A stretch of 64,000 nt of DNA from an uncultured Gammaproteobacteria bacterium (GTDB taxonomy: Bacteria > Pseudomonadota > Gammaproteobacteria > Magnimaribacterales > D2472): positions 14,425 through 78,424 of the forward strand of contig CAZTGS010000002.1 of the NCBI GenBank assembly GCA_964613455.1. Reading direction: 5' to 3'. A program made the translations under genes and the position numbers. A model generated the notes under the pieces. The model saw nothing but the letters and a program-made list of their open reading frames with translations. It was not told the DNA's origin and made no database searches. Of this stretch, positions 22,037 through 29,662 are shown in pieces. Within the stretch, counting starts at the first letter, position 1; each line of letters starts with the position of its first letter.

Positions 22037-22213
22037 ATGTGGTTAAAAAGAGTTATAAATTCATTTTTAGGTGTTAGAACTAAACATGAACTTGAAAACG
22101 ATTTAAAACATCTTTCTCTATTTAAAATAATCACCCTCTTTATAATTCTCAATATAACATTTATAAGCATATTATTTTTTATAACTACGTTTTTTATTAA
22201 TTCTGATGGATAA
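22037..22213 (+). CDS. small membrane protein, DUF2970-like (below the ORF-track size cut-off)
   Basis: Hand translation gives MWLKRVINSFLGVRTKHELENDLKHLSLFKIITLFIILNITFISILFFITTFFINSDG (58 aa). It has an xFLGVRxxxxxExD motif followed by one TM helix, as I recall for DUF2970. It overlaps the trmA start by 8 nt. No clear SD. Confidence 0.5.
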   Translation: MWLKRVINSFLGVRTKHELENDLKHLSLFKIITLFIILNITFISILFFITTFFINSDG

Positions 22214-23216
22214 ATTTTCAAAAGCAAAAGGGCTTTTAGAGCCTTTTTATAAAAATAATATAAAAATAAATTACAGTCCACCCAATGGATACAGATCAAG
22301 ATGCGAATTCGGTTATAGGGATTCCCACTATACGATGTTCGACACAAATGGTAATAGAATATATTTAGACTCATTTGAAATTGCAAGACCTAGCATTTTT
22401 AATTTAATGCCATTAATGCTAAATGAAATTAATCAATGCATTTTATTAAATAAAAAGCTGTTTCAGGTTAATTTTAGAACAAATAATCAAGACAAAATAA
22501 TGGCTTCTTTGGTTTACCACAAGCAACTAGACAGGGAGATTAAAGAAAAAGCTTTAAAAATAGCAAATAAACTAGAAATAATAATAATCTTAAGAGCAAA
22601 AAAAGAATTCTATTCAACACATGAAGAATTGCTGATTGATCGCTTAGAAGAGTTTAATATAAATCTATTTCAAACTGATCAATCATTTTATCAACCAAAT
22701 CATTTTCATATGCCTGAAATGATTAAAAAAGTAATATCTTTTATAGATAAGCCGCAAGATTTATTAGAGCTCTATTGTGGCTCTGGTACTTTCACAATAC
22801 CCTTATCTAAATATTTTGCGAATATTTTTGCCACCGAAAGTAATAGGCAATCAATAAGGTGTCTGAATAAATCTATCCAAGAATCAAATATTACAAATAT
22901 AGAACATGCTAGATTATCAGCTGAAGAAGTCTCAGAAGCTTTCAATGGAAGGATTTTTAGAAGAATGGCTGAAACTAATATAGCTGATTATAACTTCTCA
23001 CACATATTGGTAGATCCTCCAAGATCTGGAATAGGCAAGGAAGTTGCTGAAGTGGCTCAATTATTTAACAACATCATCTATGTCTCATGCAACTATGAAA
23101 CATTTACTAGTGACATGCTTTTATTAAAAAATCATAAAATAAATCATATTGAAATATATGATCAATTTCCGAATACAAAGCACTTAGAGATAGTTTCTTT
23201 ACTAAGTAAAATATAG
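22206..23216 (+). CDS. trmA: tRNA (uracil54-C5)-methyltransferase TrmA
   Basis: 336 aa with the motifs YRSRCEF, LVDPPRSGIG, YVSCN and DQFPNTKHLE. Confidence 0.9.
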   Translation: MDKFSKAKGLLEPFYKNNIKINYSPPNGYRSRCEFGYRDSHYTMFDTNGNRIYLDSFEIARPSIFNLMPLMLNEINQCILLNKKLFQVNFRTNNQDKIMASLVYHKQLDREIKEKALKIANKLEIIIILRAKKEFYSTHEELLIDRLEEFNINLFQTDQSFYQPNHFHMPEMIKKVISFIDKPQDLLELYCGSGTFTIPLSKYFANIFATESNRQSIRCLNKSIQESNITNIEHARLSAEEVSEAFNGRIFRRMAETNIADYNFSHILVDPPRSGIGKEVAEVAQLFNNIIYVSCNYETFTSDMLLLKNHKINHIEIYDQFPNTKHLEIVSLLSKI

Positions 23217-23310
23217 ATATATATATATAAAATATAGATAATTAATCTGTAATATTTTTTTAAATTTAGGTATAACTAAATATTAATAAATTATCTTGGG
23301 AGAGATTATT

Positions 23311-23742
23311 ATGGATATTATAACAAGCGCTATGGCTGAAATTGCTTTATGGGAAGTTTTTGCAACAGCGAGAGGAGCCAATGCAACAGTGTTTTTGTCT
23401 ACAGTTATTGCTGTTTGGATAGCGGCTAGATTTTCTAGTGTGATGATAGATAAAGGGGCAAATACTATGGCTAAAATTATTGCCACTGCTTTTGCAGCTT
23501 CAGTATTTCTGATTGGCTTAAATCTTGGTGGTTGGATTACAGGCACGTATGAAGGTCATGCAGCAGCGTTAGCAGCATTAGACGTAGCAAATGGAGCAAT
23601 TGATATAGGACCAGGCTCCAAGGCATTTATAGCTAACATGGCAGAGGGTGGAAACATGATTGGAACAGTTGGTGCTTGGATGTTTTATGTTTCAGGTCTT
23701 TTGATCGCAGTGTTACCTTTATGGTTTAACCCTAATGATTAA
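23311..23742 (+). CDS. hypothetical Ala/Gly-rich membrane protein (about 3 TM helices)
   Basis: GGGAGAG lies 7 nt upstream of the ATG at 23311 (the ORF-track start at 23296 is TTG), and a clean intrinsic terminator follows. I recognise no family. Confidence 0.6.
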   Translation: MDIITSAMAEIALWEVFATARGANATVFLSTVIAVWIAARFSSVMIDKGANTMAKIIATAFAASVFLIGLNLGGWITGTYEGHAAALAALDVANGAIDIGPGSKAFIANMAEGGNMIGTVGAWMFYVSGLLIAVLPLWFNPND

Positions 23743-23763
23743 TTAATAATTAATCATTAAATT

Positions 23764-23791
23764 AAAAGGCACTCAATAAAGTGCCTTTTTT
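23764..23791 (+). terminator. rho-independent terminator
   Basis: AAAAGGCAC-tcaataaa-GTGCCTTTT followed by a T-run, 22 nt after the stop codon. Confidence 0.75.
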
Positions 23792-23802
23792 ATATTTACT
23801 TT

Positions 23803-23820
23803 GTATTAGCATAGTAATAC
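23803..23820. promoter_or_regulatory. palindrome GTATTA-N6-TAATAC, 10 nt upstream of the yerC-like start
   Basis: Read directly from the sequence. Candidate autoregulatory operator; function is inferred only. Confidence 0.3.
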
Positions 23821-23830
23821 ACTGCTACAC

Positions 23831-24097
23831 ATGAAAAACTTAAATGAAGCATTATTAATTCTTAAAAATAAAAAAGAAATATCTGGTTTTCTTAAAGACC
23901 TATGTACACCAGCTGAGCTTAGAGCTTTAGAGGAAAGATGGGCAGTGGCTCAAGCTTTATATAAAGATAATATGTCGTATAGAGAAATTGCATCCAAATT
24001 AAACACAAGTACAACAACTGTAACTAGAGTTGCTAGATTCCTTCAAGGGGAAGCTAACGGCGGTTATCGAACAATACTTAACAGGCTATCAAATTGA
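23831..24097 (+). CDS. TrpR-related YerC/YecD-family DNA-binding protein
   Basis: 88 aa. DLCTPAELRALEERWAVAQAL...MSYREIASKLNTSTTTVTRVARFL matches the YerC/YecD (TrpR-like) pattern. Confidence 0.8.
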   Translation: MKNLNEALLILKNKKEISGFLKDLCTPAELRALEERWAVAQALYKDNMSYREIASKLNTSTTTVTRVARFLQGEANGGYRTILNRLSN

Positions 24098-24182
24098 AGG
24101 AATATGAAATAACAACAAAAGGTGGCTCTAAATTTAAGATTAAGGCAAAAAACCTCATTGAACTATTTAAAGATATTCATCT

Positions 24183-24190
24183 TGTATACA
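24183..24190. promoter_or_regulatory. perfect palindrome TGTATACA inside ATTCAT...ATGAAT arms, 83 nt upstream of hisG
   Basis: Read directly from the sequence. It shares GTAT/ATAC half-sites with the 23803-23820 palindrome. An operator role is speculative. Confidence 0.2.
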
Positions 24191-24272
24191 TGAATGAATT
24201 GGGATACCTCCTCGATGAATTTATATCTATCGAAGAAATAACTAATTAAATCGAAATATTAAGGATCGCTAA

Positions 24273-25133
24273 ATGAAAAATAGATTAACTATTGCTATTC
24301 AAAAAAATGGTAGATTGTCTGAGGAAAGTCGCCAATTAATAAAAAAATCTGGCATAAATTTTTCATCCAGAGATGATAAATTATTAGCAAAATCAAGCAA
24401 CTTACCAATTGATATATTATTTGTAAGAAGTGATGACATACCTTCTTTAGTTTCAAACGGTGATGCTGATATAGCCATTGTCGGTGAAAATGTATTAATT
24501 GAAAAAACCCTATTTACAAAAAGTAATATTGATAAAGTTCTAAATTTAGGATTTTCTAAATGTCGGCTTTCTTTTGCAACCCCATATAAAAAATCCTTGA
24601 ATCTAAAAAATAAAAAAATAGCGACCTCGTATCCAAATATTGTTAAAAAATATCTTAAAGATAATAAAATTGACGCTTCTGTTACAAATATCCACGGCTC
24701 AGTTGAATTAACACCATATATAGGAATGTCAGACTGTATATGTGATTTAGTTTCATCGGGAGCAACTCTTGAAGCAAATAATTTAATTGAACAAGAAGTT
24801 ATTTTAAATTCACAAGCTGTGCTTATAAAATATAAAAACATTACACAAAATAAACAGAAGATTGCAGATAAGGTTATAAGTCGAATGCAAGGAGTTATCA
24901 ATGCATCAGAAAGTAAGTATGTAATGTTAAATACAGATGTTCGTAATGTAAAAGCTATTTGTAAGTTATTACCAGGCTCCGAATCGCCAACAATAATACC
25001 TTTGGAAGATGCTAATAAGGTTGCCATTCATGCTTTATGTCAAGAACCTATATTTTGGGAAACAATGGAAAAGCTAAAAGGCAAAGGTGCATCATCTATA
25101 TTAATAATGCCAGTAGAAAAAATACTTAACTAA
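24273..25133 (+). CDS. hisG: ATP phosphoribosyltransferase, long form
   Basis: 286 aa. RLTIAIQKNGRLSEES...PIDILFVRSDDIPSLV closely parallels E. coli HisG, and the C-terminal regulatory domain is present. AAGGA RBS. Confidence 0.95.
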   Translation: MKNRLTIAIQKNGRLSEESRQLIKKSGINFSSRDDKLLAKSSNLPIDILFVRSDDIPSLVSNGDADIAIVGENVLIEKTLFTKSNIDKVLNLGFSKCRLSFATPYKKSLNLKNKKIATSYPNIVKKYLKDNKIDASVTNIHGSVELTPYIGMSDCICDLVSSGATLEANNLIEQEVILNSQAVLIKYKNITQNKQKIADKVISRMQGVINASESKYVMLNTDVRNVKAICKLLPGSESPTIIPLEDANKVAIHALCQEPIFWETMEKLKGKGASSILIMPVEKILN

Positions 25134-25134
25134 C

Positions 25135-27009
25135 ATGAAACAAATTCTACTAAATAAAGCAAATATGCAACTTGATTTCAAGGATTCAAAGATTTCATCT
25201 ACTAATAAAAGTACTCTTAAGAAATTTAAAAAATTGGTTATAGAAAAAGGCGATGATGGCTTGAGAGCCATATCATCTTTATTAGATGAAAAAGAGTTGA
25301 AAAACTTCAAAGTTTCAAATTCAGAGTTTAAAAATGCTGAAAAAAAAATAGGTGAAGATTTAAAATCTGCTATTTTAGAGGCTTATGCCAATATAAAAAA
25401 ATATCATGAAAATCAGTTACTAGGCTTATCTTCGTCAAAAATAGAAACAACTAAGGGTGTAACGCTCTGGTCAGAGTTCAAACCAATAGATTCAGTTGGA
25501 TTATATATTCCTGGAGGTAGTGCCCCACTCTTCAGCTCAATATTAATGCAGGTAATACCAGCATTAATAGCTGGATGTAAAAATATTGTTATATGCACTC
25601 CACCTAACAAACAAGGAAAAATTAACCCAACAATTTTATGGGTTGCTAAATTATTAAACACAAAAAATGTATTTAAAGTTGGGGGGTCTCAGGCAATATT
25701 TGCAATGGCTTATGGCACCAAATCAATACCTAAATGTTTAAAAATATTTGGACCAGGCAATCAGTTTGTTACAGAAGCTAAAGTCATGATAAGTAATGAA
25801 ACTTCTATAGATATGCCAGCTGGTCCAAGTGAGGTTTATGTTGTTTCAGATGATATTGCTAAAAGCTCATTAATAGCATCTGACTTGTTGTCACAATTAG
25901 AGCATAGCCCTGATGCCAAGGGTGTTTTTATCACAAAAAATAAATCACTTATAAGCATGGTAAAAGAAGAGATCAATATTCAAAAGAGTGTATTAAAAAG
26001 ACAAGACATTCTTAATGTAAGCTATAAAAATATAGTCCTAGCAATTGCCAAAAGCGATCAACAAATTATTGATTTTATTAATATAAATGCACCTGAGCAT
26101 TTAATAATACTGGATACTAATTTTTCGAAAATTGTTCCATATATAAATAATGCTGGATCAGTGTTTTGTGGCATGTATTCACCTGAAGCATTTGGAGATT
26201 ATGCCTCTGGATCTAACCATACTCTTCCAACAAATGGTAATGCTAAAACGTATTCAGGACTTGCAGTCAAGGATTTTGGTAAAACCATAAGCTTTCAAAC
26301 CGCCACTGCTGATGGTTTTTTAAATTTATCACCATCTGTAAAAATATTAGCTAAAGCTGAAGAGCTGGATGCTCATATAAATGCAGTTACTGTTAGAGAA
26401 TCATTTGCCCTTAATGAAGTTCAACTCAAATCAAGAAAATCATTTATTAGAAGGTCTACAAAAGAGACAAGTATATATATTAATTTGAATATTGATGGCT
26501 CAGGAAATTTTAATATTGATACAGGTATCAAGTATTTTGATCATATGCTGGAGCAATTTGCAAAGCATGGAAATTTTGATTTATCTATTCATTCATTAGG
26601 AGACTTGGAAATAGATGAGCATCACACAATTGAGGATGTTGCTATTTCTCTTGGAGATGCTTTTAAAGAAGCTTTATATGAAAGATCAGATATTGAACGC
26701 TATTCATCATCAGAAACTCTCGTAATGGATGAAACTATTTCAAATGTAAGTATTGATATGGCTTCGAGACCCTTTTTAAAAATGAAAACCTCTAAACTTA
26801 GAGAATATGTAGGTGATTTTCCTACTGAAATGTTTGAACATTTCTTTATTTCATTTGTTAATACTCTAGGGTTTACATGCCATATAAATACTAATGGTAA
26901 TAATAGTCATCATATTGTGGAAGCTACATTCAAAAGTTTTACAAGAGCTCTAAGTAAGTCGTTATCAAAAAATAATTCTGGAATTGCTTCGACAAAAGGA
27001 ATTTTATGA
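25135..27009 (+). CDS. hisD: fused histidinol dehydrogenase / imidazoleglycerol-phosphate dehydratase (HisD-HisB[IGPD])
   Basis: 624 aa in one uninterrupted frame. Residues 1 to about 425 are HisD (GLYIPGGSAPLFSS, SQLEHSPD, GSNHTLPT). Residues about 436-624 are IGPD (RSTKETSI, YFDHMLEQFAKHG, IDEHHTIED, NSHHIVEATFKSF, STKGIL). Confidence 0.9.
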   Translation: MKQILLNKANMQLDFKDSKISSTNKSTLKKFKKLVIEKGDDGLRAISSLLDEKELKNFKVSNSEFKNAEKKIGEDLKSAILEAYANIKKYHENQLLGLSSSKIETTKGVTLWSEFKPIDSVGLYIPGGSAPLFSSILMQVIPALIAGCKNIVICTPPNKQGKINPTILWVAKLLNTKNVFKVGGSQAIFAMAYGTKSIPKCLKIFGPGNQFVTEAKVMISNETSIDMPAGPSEVYVVSDDIAKSSLIASDLLSQLEHSPDAKGVFITKNKSLISMVKEEINIQKSVLKRQDILNVSYKNIVLAIAKSDQQIIDFININAPEHLIILDTNFSKIVPYINNAGSVFCGMYSPEAFGDYASGSNHTLPTNGNAKTYSGLAVKDFGKTISFQTATADGFLNLSPSVKILAKAEELDAHINAVTVRESFALNEVQLKSRKSFIRRSTKETSIYINLNIDGSGNFNIDTGIKYFDHMLEQFAKHGNFDLSIHSLGDLEIDEHHTIEDVAISLGDAFKEALYERSDIERYSSSETLVMDETISNVSIDMASRPFLKMKTSKLREYVGDFPTEMFEHFFISFVNTLGFTCHINTNGNNSHHIVEATFKSFTRALSKSLSKNNSGIASTKGIL

Positions 27010-27584
27010 GAATTGGTATAATTGATTGTGGTGGAGCAAATCTAAATTCTATATTTTATTCTCTTCAAAGGTTGGGTATAGATTCCATAATTACCAACTC
27101 AATAAAAGATTTATTAAACGTAGATGGTTATATTTTACCAGGCGTAGGATCAGCTAATGTTGTAATGAATTCGTTAATTAAAAATAAATTAGATCTATTT
27201 ATAAAAAAAATAGAAAAGCCAACTCTAGGAATATGTGTAGGTATGCAAGTTATGTATGAATATTCAGAGGAAGGTAACACCAACTGTCTTGGATTAATTG
27301 AAGGAAGTATTAAAAAGTTTAAACAAAATTCTGGTCTTCCGGTTCCACAAATGGGATGGAATAAAGTTAACTGTATTGATAATTATAAAAATTTGAGTAA
27401 TTTTTATTATTTTGCAAATAGTTTTTACACGAATAACACCAATAGTGCTGTAGGCTCAAGCGAATATGGTCATCAAATTACATCCATTGTTCATCATAAT
27501 AATTTTTTAGGTTGTCAGTTTCATCCAGAAAAATCATCACTAGCTGGAGAGAGATTTTTGGAAGAGTTTGTGAAATTAATATGA
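27006..27584 (+). CDS. hisH: imidazole glycerol phosphate synthase, glutaminase subunit
   Basis: 192 aa with the catalytic GICVGMQ and the C-terminal QFHPEKS. Confidence 0.93.
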   Translation: MRIGIIDCGGANLNSIFYSLQRLGIDSIITNSIKDLLNVDGYILPGVGSANVVMNSLIKNKLDLFIKKIEKPTLGICVGMQVMYEYSEEGNTNCLGLIEGSIKKFKQNSGLPVPQMGWNKVNCIDNYKNLSNFYYFANSFYTNNTNSAVGSSEYGHQITSIVHHNNFLGCQFHPEKSSLAGERFLEEFVKLI

Positions 27585-28300
27585 AAATAATTCCTGCAAT
27601 AGATTTACTGAATGGAAAATGCGTAAGACTTTTAAAAGGTGATTACAATAAAGTTTCTCAATACAGCCTTTCACCAGTTCAGCAAGTAAAAAATTTTATG
27701 GAATCTGGTTTTTCTTATATACATATTATTGATTTGGATGCAGCTAAATCAGGAAATAGTGAAAATCTTGAAATAATAAAAGAAATTGCTTCAATAAATG
27801 GACTTAAAATTCAAATTGGTGGTGGCATTAGAAGCATTTCGAAAGTTAAAGAGCTTCTCTCCCTTGGTATAGATAGATTAATAGTAGGGACTGCTGCAAT
27901 TAAAGACTCTAACTTTCAGAGTGAATTAAGAGATAGTGCTGATTTAAATAGAATTATATTTGGATTAGATTTTAATCTAGTTAATAATCAACCCTTCCTG
28001 TCTGTTAATGGATGGACCGAGTATACGAATATTAATTTATTTGATTATATTAATAAAAATGATTGGATTAAAAATATACTTGCTACCGACATATCAGTCG
28101 ACGGCACCCTTCTCGGTCCAAATTTAGATACTTACAAACTTATATTAGAAAATAAAAATATAAATTTAATTGCCTCTGGTGGAATTGGTACGCTTAATGA
28201 TATTAGTAACTTAAATGCAATAGGTAGTCATGAATGTGTCGTTGGGAAGGCCATCTATGAAAATAAGATATCCTTAGAGGATCTAAGAAATGCTAACTAA
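27581..28300 (+). CDS. hisA: ProFAR isomerase HisA
   Basis: [17 protein letters not shown] begins at the ATG at 27581 (ATGA overlap with the hisH stop). The ORF-track start at 27512 adds a non-homologous extension. Confidence 0.93.
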   Translation: MKIIPAIDLLNGKCVRLLKGDYNKVSQYSLSPVQQVKNFMESGFSYIHIIDLDAAKSGNSENLEIIKEIASINGLKIQIGGGIRSISKVKELLSLGIDRLIVGTAAIKDSNFQSELRDSADLNRIIFGLDFNLVNNQPFLSVNGWTEYTNINLFDYINKNDWIKNILATDISVDGTLLGPNLDTYKLILENKNINLIASGGIGTLNDISNLNAIGSHECVVGKAIYENKISLEDLRNAN

Positions 28301-29057
28301 AAGAATTATCCCATGTTTAGACGTTAAAAATGGTCAGGTTGTTAAAGGAGTTAGATTTAAGAATCATGAGGTTGTTGGGTCAATTATAGATCTTGCAATT
28401 AAATATAATAATTCAGGAGCTGACGAGTTGGTTTTTTATGATATTGGTGCCAGCACATATGAGGGGGTGGTTTGTAAGGAATGGGTAAAATCAATTGCTG
28501 AAGTAATAAACATACCTTTTTGTGTTGCTGGAGGAATTAAATCTGCTGATGAGGCTCGAGTTATATTAAATTCAGGTGCTGATAAGATTTCAGTTAACAC
28601 CCCGGCAATAGAAAGACCTAATTTAATTAGTGAACTTGCGAAAGAGTTCGGAAGCCAATGTGTTGTAGTAGGAATAGATTCTATGAAGATAGTTGATGAA
28701 TATGTCGTTTATGCAAAAACAGGAGATGAAAAAACTGCAATTAATACAAAGTTAAAAACTAAGGAATGGGTAAAAATAGTTCAGGATCTTGGTGCTGGTG
28801 AAGTTGTTTTAAACTGCATGGATAAAGATGGTGTAAGAAATGGATACGATATAGATCAACTTAATTTAATTAATGAAGAATGTCGGGTTCCTTTGATTGC
28901 ATCTGGTGGAGCTGGGTCCTGTATTGATTTTTTAAATGTTTTAACACAAACCAATTCTAGTGGTGCACTTGCAGCAAGTGTATTTCATAAAAACATAGTA
29001 GACATTAATGAGCTTAAAAAGTATTTAAATAATAAATCAGTTTATATGAGGGTATAG
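28290..29057 (+). CDS. hisF: imidazole glycerol phosphate synthase, cyclase subunit
   Basis: 255 aa with [17 protein letters not shown] and the GADKISVNT and ASGGAG blocks. Confidence 0.96.
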   Translation: MLTKRIIPCLDVKNGQVVKGVRFKNHEVVGSIIDLAIKYNNSGADELVFYDIGASTYEGVVCKEWVKSIAEVINIPFCVAGGIKSADEARVILNSGADKISVNTPAIERPNLISELAKEFGSQCVVVGIDSMKIVDEYVVYAKTGDEKTAINTKLKTKEWVKIVQDLGAGEVVLNCMDKDGVRNGYDIDQLNLINEECRVPLIASGGAGSCIDFLNVLTQTNSSGALAASVFHKNIVDINELKKYLNNKSVYMRV

Positions 29058-29059
29058 AT

Positions 29060-29662
29060 ATGGAAATAGATAAAATAAATTGGAATAATAAAGATTTAAT
29101 TCCAGCCATAGTTCAACATTCATCTTCATTAAACGTACTAATGCTTGGTTATATGAATGCTGAATCATTAGAAAAGTCGATACAAACAAATGAAGTTACT
29201 TTTTTTAGTCGATCAAAAAAACGCCTATGGACTAAGGGAGAGGAATCTGGAAATAAATTAATAATAAAGAGTATGAATCTAGATTGTGATAATGACACTC
29301 TGCTAATAAAAGCTGATCCATTAGGACCCACCTGTCATTTGGGTACAAACTCATGCTTTAAAGTTAATGACAATCATGATTTAAAATTCATACTAGAATT
29401 AGAAGAGATTATTAATAAAAGAAAAAAGTATAGTAATGAAAATTCATATGTATCTGAGCTTTTTAAAAAAGGCATTAAAGAGATTGCTAAAAAAGTAATA
29501 GAAGAAGCTGGAGAAACATCAATCTCAGCTGTAGCTAATGACGGAAGAGTTATTGATGAGTCTGCCGACTTATTATTTCATTTATTAATTTTACTTAATT
29601 CACAAAATTTAAGATTAAAAGATGTAGTAAAAGAATTAGTTAAAAGAAACTCTAGTCAATAG
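29060..29662 (+). CDS. hisI: bifunctional phosphoribosyl-AMP cyclohydrolase / phosphoribosyl-ATP pyrophosphatase
   Basis: 200 aa. The N-terminal half (LIPAIVQH...DCDNDTLL...GPTCH) is HisI. The C-terminal half (EEAGE...ESADLLFHLL) is HisE. Confidence 0.93.
   Translation: MEIDKINWNNKDLIPAIVQHSSSLNVLMLGYMNAESLEKSIQTNEVTFFSRSKKRLWTKGEESGNKLIIKSMNLDCDNDTLLIKADPLGPTCHLGTNSCFKVNDNHDLKFILELEEIINKRKKYSNENSYVSELFKKGIKEIAKKVIEEAGETSISAVANDGRVIDESADLLFHLLILLNSQNLRLKDVVKELVKRNSSQ

Noticed and set aside
22024-22386. A 120-aa minus-strand ORF spanning the nfuA-trmA gap.
   Set aside because: It overlaps the conserved TrmA N-terminus and the DUF2970-like plus-strand ORF. Its I/L/N/K/Y-rich product looks like translated AT-rich non-coding or antisense sequence.
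23283-23546. An 87-aa minus-strand ORF opposite the Ala/Gly-rich membrane protein gene.
   Set aside because: The plus-strand gene has a strong SD and a downstream intrinsic terminator, and the minus ORF has neither. GC-rich Ala/Gly coding commonly leaves the antisense frame open.
24098-24272. I looked for a classical his leader peptide and attenuator (a run of His codons plus alternative hairpins with a T-run) upstream of hisG.
   Set aside because: There is no run of CAT/CAC codons and no terminator-like hairpin followed by a T-tract. Only short AT-rich palindromes are present.
24299-25027. A 242-aa ORF antisense to hisG, strikingly long for AT-rich DNA.
   Set aside because: The sense frame is unmistakably HisG along its whole length. 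The antisense product has no recognisable motif or RBS and lies entirely within hisG. I treat it as a chance stop-free antisense register. Only conservation or expression data could revive it.
27512-27580. The N-terminal extension of hisA implied by the ORF-track start at 27512.
   Set aside because: The extension lies wholly inside hisH in another frame and has no HisA homology. The canonical MKIIPAIDL start at 27581 forms an ATGA overlap with the hisH stop.
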